From an uncultured Pseudomonadales bacterium (GTDB taxonomy: Bacteria; Patescibacteriota; Microgenomatia; UBA1400; Chazhemtobacteraceae), in NCBI GenBank assembly GCA_964422035.1, contig CAYQZQ010000001.1, positions 377,013 through 441,012 of the forward strand: a stretch of DNA of 64,000 nt, in the 5' to 3' direction. Under the pieces are notes generated by a model. The model did not search any database, was not told where the DNA came from, and was given only the letters and a program-made list of their open reading frames with translations. Shown here piece by piece: positions 1-11,100 of this stretch (position 1 is the first letter of the stretch; each line of letters opens with the position of its first letter). The translations under genes were made by a program, and so were the position numbers.

Positions 1-466
1 AATGGTAATGCGGGTTGATATTATTGATAGAGCAGTTGAAGACTTGAAGAGTGATAAAAGCAAGGTAATACTTTTAGATGCTAAGGGGGAGATATACAAG
101 CAAAAAAAAGCGCAAGAGTTATCAGACGAGGAACATTTAATTTTGATTGCAGGTCATTACGAAGGAGTTGATCACAGAGTACACGAGCACATTGCTGATG
201 AGGTAATTTCAATTGGAAAGTATGTCTTAACAGGTGGTGAGATACCAGTCATGGTATTGGTGGATAGTGTGGTGCGACTGGTTCCCGAAGTAGTGGGAAA
301 CCCGGAATCAATCAATGATGAATCATATAGTCAATCTGACACAGTTGAGTATCCTCAATACACAAGACCTGATGAATACAAAGGGTGGGAAGTGCCAGAG
401 ATCTTAAAAAGCGGACATCACGAAAAAATCAATAAGTGGCGTGAAAGTAAGCGTAAAAAAGTTTAA
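1..466 (+). CDS. trmD: tRNA (guanine-N1)-methyltransferase, 5'-truncated by window edge
   Basis: Motifs GHYEGVDHR, SIGKYVLTGGE and EYPQYTRP...VPEILKSGHH. Confidence 0.95.
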   Translation, partial: MVMRVDIIDRAVEDLKSDKSKVILLDAKGEIYKQKKAQELSDEEHLILIAGHYEGVDHRVHEHIADEVISIGKYVLTGGEIPVMVLVDSVVRLVPEVVGNPESINDESYSQSDTVEYPQYTRPDEYKGWEVPEILKSGHHEKINKWRESKRKKV

Positions 467-684
467 TCAGTCCAGTGATCGGACTCTTTGTCCTGAACGT
501 CTTGTTTTTTAACTTCAGCCATAGCTTCTTTGGGCGAGATATCTTTCTCTTTCATTAACTCCACAACTCTTTTTTGCCAGCCCATCAAGTTTTCGTCTTC
601 GGGATTAACCAAAACAGTGTCCTCTGCATTGCCAGGCTTGGGCAGTTCAATCATTGAAGATTGGTCTTTTGCCTGTTCAGTCAT
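463..684 (-). CDS. small hypothetical protein
   Basis: 73-aa ORF whose start overlaps the stop of the upstream gene (ATGA coupling). Confidence 0.6.
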   Translation of the reverse strand: MTEQAKDQSSMIELPKPGNAEDTVLVNPEDENLMGWQKRVVELMKEKDISPKEAMAEVKKQDVQDKESDHWTD

Positions 685-1370
685 TGTTGGAGATAGGTAT
701 TGATTTGAGCTTCTTGCTTGGCTTTATCGAACCAGGCGGAGAACTCTTGTTGAAGCTTTTGATTGAGAAGGTTTTCGCGAATTTGTTGCTCAACTTCTGC
801 CAGTTCTTGATCTTCAAAAGCGGAAGTGTTTTCTTCATAATATTGCTCAACTTCTTCTTGGGTTACATCAAGATCAAACAGTTTGTCGGCTAGTTGTTCT
901 TGAATGATTCGGAGACGAATCTGCTCTTCTAAGTCGCTTTGTGAGAGGCCGTATTGATCTCTAATGATATCCAGGCTTTCTGCGCCCCCAAAACGCTCTG
1001 CTAATAGATCCAGCTCTGTCTGTACCTGTTCTTGGGATACAGTGATACCTTCTTGTTTGGCCTTTTGTCGAAGAAGTTCATTGTTGATTAATTCATCCAG
1101 TACCGGCTGGCCGTATCGGGTAGCCATTGTTTGGTTTAGTTTCCAGCGGGTAATAGGAGTTTTGTTGACTACAGCAGCAATGACTTTGCCTCTGTATCGC
1201 TTGGCAAGGAAAAAGCTACCGATACCTAGTACAAGAATTAAAAGAACCAAGCTTATGAATTTTTTATTTTTTTCAACTTGCTTGATGACTTTACTTTTTT
1301 TTATCTTTTTGACGGTTTTGTTGTCAGTTAAATTTTTTAAAAGTTGGGATTTTTTCTTTTTGGAAGCCAT
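681..1370 (-). CDS. SurA N-terminal domain / PrsA-like membrane-anchored foldase
   Basis: Basic N-terminus, one TM helix, AAVVNKTPIT, LDELINNELLRQKA...GITVS, VTQEEVEQYY. Start chosen at MASKKK. Confidence 0.8.
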   Translation of the reverse strand: MASKKKKSQLLKNLTDNKTVKKIKKSKVIKQVEKNKKFISLVLLILVLGIGSFFLAKRYRGKVIAAVVNKTPITRWKLNQTMATRYGQPVLDELINNELLRQKAKQEGITVSQEQVQTELDLLAERFGGAESLDIIRDQYGLSQSDLEEQIRLRIIQEQLADKLFDLDVTQEEVEQYYEENTSAFEDQELAEVEQQIRENLLNQKLQQEFSAWFDKAKQEAQINTYLQQ

Positions 1371-1429
1371 TTGTATGAATAATTTAAGCAATGAGCGTAT
1401 TTTAACATCAAAAAGGGTTAGGTGAAAGC

Positions 1430-1699
1430 TTAGGCATTAATTATAAGGGGCAGCAGAATAGCAGTGCCTAAAGCAGCTACAAGAAAGTACTCTAAGATGA
1501 CATACCAGTGGTGATCTTTGGATTTTAGGTGATGGATCATGCCCCAGAGGAAGTAAGCTAGTGACAAGCCGACTACTGCTATTTGTTGAAGATAACGATT
1601 AGTGTTGAAAAGCGAAACTAAAGAGGCGCCAACGACAAGAATTATGACTAAGACAAGAAAGTCTGGGATATGGATCTTGTGTGGTGAGTGTGACTTCAT
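1430..1699 (-). CDS. small 3-TM membrane protein
   Basis: 89-aa hydrophobic ORF coupled to the CAP gene; YFLWGMIHH motif. Confidence 0.7.
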   Translation of the reverse strand: MKSHSPHKIHIPDFLVLVIILVVGASLVSLFNTNRYLQQIAVVGLSLAYFLWGMIHHLKSKDHHWYVILEYFLVAALGTAILLPLIINA

Positions 1700-2652
1700 A
1701 AGATAAGGCCTTGTTTGATTATGATAACTAGAATAATAACTATTCCCAGAAAGGTAACGTGAGCCCAGTTGCGGCCAGAGATACGAATGAGGTTATTTTT
1801 CCAAGTGATGTACCAGTCAACCACCAAGACGATGATTACCAAAAGGGCAAATGACATGGAGATAACTTTGGCAAGAGAGAAAGGATTAAACAAAGAAACT
1901 ACACTACTGGCTATCATGGGTTGCTGTATATCATCAAAATTGGCGGGTTTTTGGGGTGTGGGAGTAGGGGTTGGGTTAGGACTGGCCTGAGCTGTGGGAG
2001 TGGGGGTGTAGCTGGGAGTAAGCTGGGTTTCTTGAGCTTGAGCAGGAGGGATAACATTAGTCTGACCTGAGGCTACCTGAGGACTGCTGGTTTGAGGTGT
2101 GCCTAGCATCTGAACCACCAAAGTGGTTTCCTGGCCCAAAAGATTGCCGTCAACAACAGCGATGCCGATTTCTCTGTATTGGGGATTTAGTAAATTAGCG
2201 CGATGAGTGGGAGAGGCCATCCAGGCTTTGACAATGGTCTCTGGATTTTTAAAGTCTCGAGCTAAGTTTTCTCCGGCATGTAAGTAGTTATAACCGGCAG
2301 CTAAAACAAAATACCATGGTTTAGTACCGTCTGGAGCGGTGTGAGACCAGTAGTCTTTGGTGAACATGTCCGCTGCTTTACGGCGAGCAGCATCAGCCAG
2401 TTGAGGATTGTATTCCAGATTTGGCAGTCCCCTTTCCGCTCTTGTCTGGTTGGTTAAAGCAATGATTGTTTCAGGCGGAATTTGAGAAGCGTAACCTAAG
2501 ATGTGAGGATAGGCAAACTTGGCTAAAGAAAGAAAAGTTTGACTTAAGATAAGAAGAGTAACCAAAACTGCTAAAGAGGTGTGGTGAAGAAGTTTTGGCT
2601 TATGATTGTTGCTGTGGTGTGGAGTAAATAAGTGTTTTAATTTATCAAACAT
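1696..2652 (-). CDS. CAP/SCP-domain membrane protein with Pro/Thr linker
   Basis: LTNQTR..GLP.L, YWSH, AGENLA, WMASPTHRANLL; C-terminal TM helices. Confidence 0.9.
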   Translation of the reverse strand: MFDKLKHLFTPHHSNNHKPKLLHHTSLAVLVTLLILSQTFLSLAKFAYPHILGYASQIPPETIIALTNQTRAERGLPNLEYNPQLADAARRKAADMFTKDYWSHTAPDGTKPWYFVLAAGYNYLHAGENLARDFKNPETIVKAWMASPTHRANLLNPQYREIGIAVVDGNLLGQETTLVVQMLGTPQTSSPQVASGQTNVIPPAQAQETQLTPSYTPTPTAQASPNPTPTPTPQKPANFDDIQQPMIASSVVSLFNPFSLAKVISMSFALLVIIVLVVDWYITWKNNLIRISGRNWAHVTFLGIVIILVIIIKQGLIL

Positions 2653-2682
2653 GGCAGGCTTAATTGCATTAGGTTCATTATA

Positions 2683-3867
2683 TCAAGCATCCTGATCAGA
2701 TTCGGCTGAAGATTGGCGAGCGGCAGATTGAGGCTGAGTAGTTGAAGGTTTGACACCTTTTAGGATAATTTTATCCAGGGTAAATGGAGAGAAGAAAGAG
2801 ATAATTTCTAGAGTGAAGATAGATAACTCAAAAGCAGAAGGAATATGATTGGTAATTAGATAGGCTCCAATACCGACCAAGACAGATTCTTTAATCAGCT
2901 GATTAAACATTTGTTGTTGAACTTGATCGACAAGATCAGAGGGAAGATTGTCTTGAACTGCTCTGTAACCTTTCTGTTTAATCTTGTTGAACCCAAACCA
3001 GAAGATGATACCACCAGTAGACAGGGCAGTAATCAGGTTTAAGGTTCGATTAGGTATACTGACATCACCGGTAAATAAACCGAGCTTGATTTGAGAGGGG
3101 AAATTACGAGTGAAATACCAAGCCAGAGCGATAAGAATTATAAAAAAGACAGCACTAGTAGGATGAAGTGTCTGTGGTAGCTTAGAAGAAGAGTTATTTT
3201 TAGAATATAGTTTGATAATGTAACTTAAGGTGTGCAAAAGTAAATAGGCAATAAGCAAAATACCGATGACTAAAAGAGCATTTTCTAAACCATAGTCAAC
3301 GGTTTGAGCAACCTTAGGGTAAGGAATCTTAAAAATTTTGTCTTTAATGGGGTAGTCTGGATATGGAATAAAGTCAAAAATGGCTGAGGAAGACAGTTTT
3401 TTGTGGTAAAAGTCAGTAAAAAAGAGGCGACCGATGGTAAAAAAGGTAGTAAATTGAACTGTAAAGTCAAAGACATAGAACAGAAAAGTGCGATCTCCCT
3501 TGGCAAATTTTTGTTTGATAATACTTTGTTGCTTTTTGTCGCTTTCAATATGTTCTATTTTTTGCTTAAGATCTTTAATGTGTGTGAGTTTGGCAATTCG
3601 TATAGCACGGACAGGGATCATTAAAATTGTCTGGCTGACTCCCAATAAAACTACGGAAATCCAGATACTATTAGTGAGAGAATATAAACCAAAGAGAATA
3701 CTGGCATAGAATCGGTATGTGCCACCAAAGAAAAAAGCCCAAAAAAGGAAAAGAATGACCAAAAGCAACAAGATGCTTTGAAGGGGAACTTTACCTACAA
3801 TATTACTTAGCCGCCAGCGATAAGTAACAGCAGAAGAATCTTGAGATGACGCAGAGTTTTTGGACAT
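2683..3867 (-). CDS. polytopic membrane protein, possible divergent YidC/Oxa1 family
   Basis: SIWISVVLLG...ILMIP followed by a basic coiled-coil hairpin, resembling YidC TM1 plus its cytoplasmic hairpin. Confidence 0.45.
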   Translation of the reverse strand: MSKNSASSQDSSAVTYRWRLSNIVGKVPLQSILLLLVILFLFWAFFFGGTYRFYASILFGLYSLTNSIWISVVLLGVSQTILMIPVRAIRIAKLTHIKDLKQKIEHIESDKKQQSIIKQKFAKGDRTFLFYVFDFTVQFTTFFTIGRLFFTDFYHKKLSSSAIFDFIPYPDYPIKDKIFKIPYPKVAQTVDYGLENALLVIGILLIAYLLLHTLSYIIKLYSKNNSSSKLPQTLHPTSAVFFIILIALAWYFTRNFPSQIKLGLFTGDVSIPNRTLNLITALSTGGIIFWFGFNKIKQKGYRAVQDNLPSDLVDQVQQQMFNQLIKESVLVGIGAYLITNHIPSAFELSIFTLEIISFFSPFTLDKIILKGVKPSTTQPQSAARQSSAESDQDA

Positions 3868-3899
3868 ATGTCTTATTGTAAACTACTCAAGTGCCTAGG

Positions 3900-6800
3900 T
3901 TATTGAGAGGGTTTTTTGAAAACAAGATATGTAAGTCCTATAAGAGAGAGCAGGACAACCAATAACCACCAGTACTGAGCTAGGAGTGAAGAAGAGTCAC
4001 TAGTTTCTGTTGGTTGATCTGATTGTGTGGGAGAAGGAGAGGTGTCTTGCTGGGCTAAAACTTCTCCTTGATCAATTTGATCGGAGCCTTGATCATTGTC
4101 TTTCTGGTTAGTGTCAGGCAAGGAAGTGTCAGCTAAAGCATACAAGTTGTTTAGTCGGTGAGTTGCATCAGTGGTGGTTTGAGCCCCTAAAACGTCTCCA
4201 CCGGTATCGCCTGCTCCACCCCCATCACTAGGCGGACTGGCTGGTGCAGGTTCTGAAAAGTTTTTGGAGAAGGTTTGGTTTGAGTATTCATCACTAACTA
4301 ATTTAGGTGAGCCAGAAGAGATGAGGCGGAAGTAGTAAGTGGTGCCTACATTTAACCCAGAGATCTTAAAGTAGTGAGTAGTAGTTTTGGATGAGGTGTT
4401 TTTCTCAGCCGTGGTGAAAGCGTAACCAAAGTTAGGATCAGATAGATCAGGAACAAGATGAGGAACCGTATCATAAACTACTCGCCCACTAGTAGGTCGA
4501 TCAGTTGTCCAGGAGATCTCGATTTCTTCAAAGCCAGTGGTTTGGTGAAACTGAGAGCTTAAGATGGCAGTAACTCCTACTTCAATTTCCTTTTCTGTTT
4601 GATTACCAGCTTTGTCAGTAGCCACAGCCTTGAGAATGTAATAGTCTAGAGGTAAAGACTTTGTCCCCCAAGGACTTGAGGTACTGCCTTGAAGTCCACC
4701 ATTGACTTGTTCATAGGCATAGCTAATCGTTTCTACTTTAGAAAGAGAGTCTGTAGCATTAACTTCTAGTGGTTGGTCTCCAGACAAAGTAGCGTTATTA
4801 ACAGGATTTACCCAATCAAGAGTTTTGGGGGGAGTAGTATCATAAATTATTTCTTCTAGATGAGCAGTCGTTTCAACATTGCCTGCTTTATCCGTAGCCT
4901 GTGCCTTGAAATCAAAAATACCATCTTGAAGAGGAGTAATTTCAAATTGCCAGTTAAAAGGCTCTTTGTGTTCAGTATTTTCAATTGAGTTTATTTGGGT
5001 CCAATTTTCTTTAAGATCTTCATCACTGTTTAGTTTCCCATATATATCAACATGGTCAACAGTATTTTGAGGAGTATCTGTGGATTGACCGGATAAAGTT
5101 ATTGGGGTTTCTTCTGGCCCACCAAAGATCATTTTATTGTTGCTATTAAAGACAGATTCGGGAGGCGTGTTATCAATAGTTACACAAGCATAATCAACCG
5201 AATCTCCAGTCCCGGTGTTACTCATTGGATCCCTGTTGCCAGCCTCATCTCTTGCTGCTAATCGGATGACGTAGTTTCCATCATCTAAGCTTTCTGTATC
5301 AAGTATGTGAGACACTGAGTTGCTACTTCCACTTTCTTGCCAAACACGGTTGGAAAAATTCCAAGTTGATTCTGTGTTGCAGGTGCCATCATCAGGATTT
5401 AGAGAGAGATTGTAATGACTTAAATTTTCTTCAGTAATAGTGCCAGTGATATTTACAACATCTGACAGGTACCCGCTTAAGGGAGAAGTTATTTCTACTC
5501 TAGGAGGTGTGTTATCTACTATGAAGGAACGAGAGTTCGACCAAAGAGAACAGTTGCCAGCTTGATCACAGGCTCTGATTCTCCACCAATAAGTACTTTC
5601 CGGAGTGCCAGGAGCAAAGCCAGTCTGAGGGTGACGAGTCACATCTAGGTAATCCTTAGAGTACCTAATGCTAGCATTAGGATTTTCTTCTGGATCAGTT
5701 AAATATAAACGATATTCATAGCGGATAGGAGAAGATGGGTCCGAAACGGGTGACCAGTCAACATATAAATTTGAAGAATTTAAATACTGTCCTGGATTGG
5801 GAAAAATCAGATCTGGAACAGACGGGGCTTGTCGATCTAGTATTACGCTGCACCAGCCACTGGAATTTTCACTTTCATTGCCTGCAAGATCAACGGCCCA
5901 AACTCGATATTTATATTCCCCATCTTGATCTCTAATTTTTCCTGTAATCAAGGATGAGGAAAGGTGTTTGAAATCATTCTTATCTTTTATGTCATATCTG
6001 TAGTAGTCTAGATCAGATTCCAAATTATCATTCCAATCTATTGAAATCTGACGATTATTTGTATATCCACTACATCCTAATATCTCACTCTGATGATCTT
6101 TAATTGTTATGCCGGTGGGGGCTGAAGGAGAAGTTCTATCTACTGTAAACACACATGGATCATCAAAACTTCCAGTATTAACTACCGGCGACTGACCGAC
6201 TGGATTATCATTTTCATCATAAGCAACGACTTGATAAGTGTATGAATTTTCGCGAGTGGCTCCAGTGGTGTAAATTGCTATATCAGTGATTTCGAACTCG
6301 ACGCCAGAATGTGACAAGGCATACTGCTCAGGATCATAAGCACTACCAGAACGCCACGAGTTTCCATTCCATGTGTAGCCAGTGATCAAGTAGTAGTCAG
6401 CATTTGATACTGTGGTAAATTTAAGAACTTGAAGGGCTTTGCCAGATACAGAAGTGTCATTGGTATAAATATCACATTGTCCTATTGGAGTATCGTAACC
6501 ATTGATACCAGTTTCTGAGCCATAAGCAAAATCCATTTGTGTTTTTTGTACCTCAAACTGAATGTCTTCTGACATGGCTAGCTCGCTATATCCGCCATCT
6601 ATCACTTCGACAATTCCTATTGAGATTGTATATTCTCCAGCAGGCAAGGTAGTAGCAAAAGGAGTGGTAATTCCTGTTTCATCTTCTAGAGGAGAAAGAT
6701 CCGACAATGTAAAGCCTGTCGATGGGCCAAAATAGGCAACCCCACCAGTGATGGTGTCAAAGCTCGTCCAGTCTCCTCGACTATCACCAGGAGAAATTGG

Positions 6801-7373
6801 GTAGTATATCTCTTGACCGACTACACCTACCCCATCTTTTTTAAGAAGGGCTTTGTATCGAATTGGTGTTGAATCATTAATTCCATCTACTTGACTAATT
6901 TTAAACTCTGCCTGTCCTTCAATATTATTGATAAATGAGTCAAGACCTGTGTAATTCAGTTTGAAGTTGGGCCCTGGCGCTTCTCCAACAACTACCTGAG
7001 TTAAGTGACAGGCTTGAGTAACAATTTGGTCATTTTCTTTGTCAACAGTAGTGGTGGAGATGCATCCTTCTGCATCATCATCACCGGACTCTGAATAAAG
7101 ACGCCACTGGTTACTAGACTCACTAAAGTAATACATACCTTTGATCTGATCTTCAGTTATACCTGCACTATCAAGATCATCCTGGTTGTATCCCACGGTT
7201 ATCTCAACTGGAAAATTAATATCACCCGTCTCTTGAATTTCATAGTAGGAACCTAGGGGGGACTCAACTAAAGTGCTGGTATTTGGCTTATCTGTAAATT
7301 TGGAGATAACGATGGTGCCGATTGAGTCTTGATCAAAAATTGTAATAGGTCTAAAGAAGCGCTGTCTTCCCAT
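3900..7373 (-). CDS. large Ig/FN3-repeat surface protein (C-terminal part of a probably frameshifted gene)
   Basis: Repeated D.AGN...D.T.P Ig-like motifs, FN3-like WTTD..TSGRVVY domain, GDVLGA motif, C-terminal YWW TM helix; no signal peptide of its own. Confidence 0.8.
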   Translation of the reverse strand: MGRQRFFRPITIFDQDSIGTIVISKFTDKPNTSTLVESPLGSYYEIQETGDINFPVEITVGYNQDDLDSAGITEDQIKGMYYFSESSNQWRLYSESGDDDAEGCISTTTVDKENDQIVTQACHLTQVVVGEAPGPNFKLNYTGLDSFINNIEGQAEFKISQVDGINDSTPIRYKALLKKDGVGVVGQEIYYPISPGDSRGDWTSFDTITGGVAYFGPSTGFTLSDLSPLEDETGITTPFATTLPAGEYTISIGIVEVIDGGYSELAMSEDIQFEVQKTQMDFAYGSETGINGYDTPIGQCDIYTNDTSVSGKALQVLKFTTVSNADYYLITGYTWNGNSWRSGSAYDPEQYALSHSGVEFEITDIAIYTTGATRENSYTYQVVAYDENDNPVGQSPVVNTGSFDDPCVFTVDRTSPSAPTGITIKDHQSEILGCSGYTNNRQISIDWNDNLESDLDYYRYDIKDKNDFKHLSSSLITGKIRDQDGEYKYRVWAVDLAGNESENSSGWCSVILDRQAPSVPDLIFPNPGQYLNSSNLYVDWSPVSDPSSPIRYEYRLYLTDPEENPNASIRYSKDYLDVTRHPQTGFAPGTPESTYWWRIRACDQAGNCSLWSNSRSFIVDNTPPRVEITSPLSGYLSDVVNITGTITEENLSHYNLSLNPDDGTCNTESTWNFSNRVWQESGSSNSVSHILDTESLDDGNYVIRLAARDEAGNRDPMSNTGTGDSVDYACVTIDNTPPESVFNSNNKMIFGGPEETPITLSGQSTDTPQNTVDHVDIYGKLNSDEDLKENWTQINSIENTEHKEPFNWQFEITPLQDGIFDFKAQATDKAGNVETTAHLEEIIYDTTPPKTLDWVNPVNNATLSGDQPLEVNATDSLSKVETISYAYEQVNGGLQGSTSSPWGTKSLPLDYYILKAVATDKAGNQTEKEIEVGVTAILSSQFHQTTGFEEIEISWTTDRPTSGRVVYDTVPHLVPDLSDPNFGYAFTTAEKNTSSKTTTHYFKISGLNVGTTYYFRLISSGSPKLVSDEYSNQTFSKNFSEPAPASPPSDGGGAGDTGGDVLGAQTTTDATHRLNNLYALADTSLPDTNQKDNDQGSDQIDQGEVLAQQDTSPSPTQSDQPTETSDSSSLLAQYWWLLVVLLSLIGLTYLVFKKPSQ

Positions 7374-8086
7374 TCAAACTCAACGGCAGCTAGATCTTGA
7401 AGTTTTCCTTTATCCCATCCGATAGGGTTGATGTAGTCAACTAAGCCCAGACCTTCATCATCTGATTGATGATGGATGGAATCTTCGATTTCAGCCAGAT
7501 TAGTAGTACCCCACTTGTTACCTTGAGCATTAATGGAGTTGGAACTATTGTTTTCAATAGTGGTAAGATCGCCAGTGATAGTATTGCCAGTTAAAGTTGT
7601 ATCTTGTTGAGAGTTAATCTGAACAGTGATGTCTTGGCTGATTAAGTGGCTGTTTTGAATTTTTAAGTTACTGGCACCATCGATGATTATGGCTGGACCA
7701 GCTTGAGTTTCAACTTTTAAGTTCTGGATTGTAAGGTCTGATGGGTCTTGTAAAATAATAGAGTCTGTTAGAAGGGTATCTGGGCCGGCACCAGTTAAGG
7801 TAATACCAGAGTGATTAGAGTCAATGATAAGTTTTTCTGAGTATTGACCGGCTGTAACTTGAACAGTGCCTTTTTGAGCAAACAAACTGTCAAGAGCCTC
7901 TTGAATTGAAGTGTGACAGGGAGTTTGACCAGAGCAAGAACCATCTTGGCTAACGTAAACTGTAGGATCGGATGCAATGATACGAGTAGAAGCGATGAAG
8001 AGTAATGAAAATAAGAAAAGGAGGGTGACAAAAATAAATAAAGGAGATTTGAGAGAAAGAAAGGATTTTAATTTAAGCTTTTTCAC
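7268..8086 (-). CDS. secreted pectin-lyase-like beta-helix protein (N-terminal part of a probably frameshifted gene)
   Basis: Signal peptide, SIQEALD, GQYSE, INAQGNKWG; overlaps the next ORF by 106 nt. Confidence 0.75.
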   Translation of the reverse strand: MKKLKLKSFLSLKSPLFIFVTLLFLFSLLFIASTRIIASDPTVYVSQDGSCSGQTPCHTSIQEALDSLFAQKGTVQVTAGQYSEKLIIDSNHSGITLTGAGPDTLLTDSIILQDPSDLTIQNLKVETQAGPAIIIDGASNLKIQNSHLISQDITVQINSQQDTTLTGNTITGDLTTIENNSSNSINAQGNKWGTTNLAEIEDSIHHQSDDEGLGLVDYINPIGWDKGKLQDLAAVEFEWEDSASLDLLQFLIKTQSAPSLSPNLQISQIPAL

Positions 8087-8125
8087 AGGTACTAAGGCAA
8101 TATTATATGCTTCCGTCTTAGATGG

Positions 8126-11100
8126 TCAAGAAATGAAGAGCAGGTAGACTAGCGCACTAAAGGATAGAGTAATTATGATCGCCCACCAGTATCGAGCCAG
8201 AAAACCTTGTTGTGATGTCTGAGTATCTTGCTGATCAGTGGCTTGATCTGTTTCTGTTTGAGAAGTGGTATCTTGATCGTTTTGATCGGCTTGATCTTGA
8301 GTATCTTTTTGATCTTCTGCACCAAGGATTTGCCCGCCGGTACCAGTACTGCCAACATAGTCAAAACCTTCGATGAATTGCTCTTCACTAACCGGCTGGC
8401 CTTGTGGAGCAGTTTGGACTTGAGGTTTGTCACCAACCAAATCTGACTTATTGCCGGCAGGATCAATGTTTTGCATTAGATAGAAGTATTCTTGGTCAGG
8501 CTGAGGAATAGCGTTCTCCCAAGAGTCAGCGGTGTCAGCAGTAACATCCAAGGCAGCTATAAGATTGCCAGTGCCGGCATCAAAACCTTCTTGGTCTGAG
8601 CGGTAGATGTAAACTTTGTAGGATTGGTCATGATCTGGGTTGCGCCATTGAAGTCTGTAAGTTTGTGGTCCAATTTTGGCTTTGGAGTAGCTGTTAGGAG
8701 CAGGAGGTGGAGTGCGGTCAACAGTAGTGGAAGTCTCGTCAAAGGCAGAGTTACCGGCGTTGTCGTAGGCGGTAGTTTTAAAGTAGAACTTAGCTTCCTC
8801 ATTAATTTCAGAGGAGGTAATTTGATAGGTCTTGGAGTGGGCGGTAAACTCATCTAGAGTTTGCCAGCCTTCACCTTCTTTGTGGTACTCAAGAATAACT
8901 TTATCTAGCCCTGAGCCGCCAGCGTCTAAAGCTGAATACGAGATCTTAAAGTTATCGGTTTTTTTGTATTCAGGTAAGTTGACAATGTCTATACTAGGAG
9001 CAGTATTGTCAACGGCTAAAACTGGAGTGGAAAGGCCAGCAAAGATACCGATAACTAAGAGAAGACCTAAGAGTTTTGCAAAGAATTTTTTATCGATTAA
9101 CCTGAGTAAAAGGCCACCGAAGATAAGAGCAATGCTTAAGATTAACCAGCGGGTAGCGGAGCCGGTAGCGGCACCCAGGACCTCACCTTCGGTGCTGGCA
9201 CCTAAGACATCACCTTCATCTATGTCCAGTGAGCCGCCGACCCCGAAGGATGAACCGATAGTGAAGGGATCAATTACTGTGTCTGATTCATAAATCTCTT
9301 CGTTTCCTCCCAGACCAGAGGCGATGGCGATATTGGTATGCTCTCCGTCAATTACGGAGGTGATTTTGATTTCAAAATTAAGCGTAAATGTTTCACCAGG
9401 CTGGATATCTCCAATGGACCATTGATATGGATTTTCTCCTCCTCCAGTTGGAGTGACTGTCTGAGTGGAGTCATCGGGTGCAGTAACAGTGCCCTGATTG
9501 TCAATAATTTCAAAATGATCAAAGGGAGGCTGGGTATCATCGATTACTACATCATAGGCGGGACCTTGACCGTTGTTGGTAACCTCTAGGGTGTACAAAA
9601 TGGTATCACCTACCCCTAAGGTTTCCCCTTTACGATCATTGGTCTTAGTCAGGACTAACTCGGGTGGAGCGTAGTTGCCAAAGAGTCTTTCTGGTATATC
9701 ATCACCAGATGTGACTTTTAGGATATAACTTCCATCGGCCTGGTGGCCTTCACCTCCATAATCAGCGTTCGGCCTGGTTTGGATCCAGCCTTTTTGCAAT
9801 ACTTCGCTGATAATATAGGTGCCAGCGGTAAGACCAGTGAAGTCGGCATTGCCACTCTCATCAGTGACAAGTTCACAATACTCTCCATTAACATTTCCAT
9901 CAGGACACTCTGGAGGAGATTCGCTATCTTGCTTGTCTAAACGGATAGTCCAACCAGATAGATATTCTTCTTCTCCTGAATCATACATATGACTTTCATT
10001 TTGATCGTTGAATTTACGAGTTTCTATAGTTACTAGGGTAAAATTGCCAAAATCAGCTGTTTTTTCATCTCCACCTTCCAAGACAACGGTGTGACATTGA
10101 TTTTCTCCTCCAGGATAGGTTTGGATAACATCACCATTGATTGACTCACATACCTGGTATTCTCCGGGTGGGAGTTGGAAGGAGTAGTTACCTTGCGCGC
10201 CAGTTAAAGTATTGGCCGTATTCTCTTCTCCTTCCCCGGGAATGAAAATATTCCATTCAGGCACACCCGGTTCCCCTTCTTCTCTTTGACCATTACCATT
10301 TAAATCATCCCATTTGACACCCTTGATATAGCCGTAATCGATGTTGCCGAATTTGAGCCAGCCATTTTTCTGGCCAGATTCGGTAATTTGGCTGTGCCAA
10401 CAAACCGGTCCTTCTTGTTCTTTGTTGGGTGATTCATTGGCTACAGCGGTGCCGGTACCGGTTTCTATTCCGTCATTATCAATAGCTTCAGAGCCTTCAT
10501 TTGGCCCAGTTTGAGTCCAATCTTGCTGGCTAACTTCGCAGACGTAATAATCACCAGGAGTTAAGTTTTCAAAACGGAATTGGCCTGGATTGTCGGTCTC
10601 GCCAGTAATTGACTGACCCTGGACTCCTTGACCAGGGCCTCCGCTTGCCTTGTAAAGTCGTACTGTCCAACCATCTAATCTTTCTTCAGTTTCATTCTGG
10701 TGAATACCATCGGTGTTGACATCGTAATATTTTCTGCCTTGAATAACACCGAGTTCAAAGTTGCCAAACTGTACCCACCCCCTGTCTTCTGCTGAGGTGA
10801 GGGTAACCTGATGGCAGTAAGTGCCATTTTGATGCATTGGTCCGGTACTGGGTTCTGTTTGCATCCAGCCTGATTGTGGAGTTTCGCAAACATAGTAGGT
10901 GCCTGGAACCACGTTTTCAAAACGGAATTGACCTTTGTCTACATCTCCAGCGGTGGTGCTGTCGTCACCGGTTGTCATACTATCAATAAAGCTCCAGTCG
11001 TCGTTATATAAAGTAATCTGCCAGTCGTTCAAGCGATTTTGGTCGATTCTTTCATCTTCTTCAAAGTCGCCGCTGGCATCAACATCGTTGTATTTTCTGC

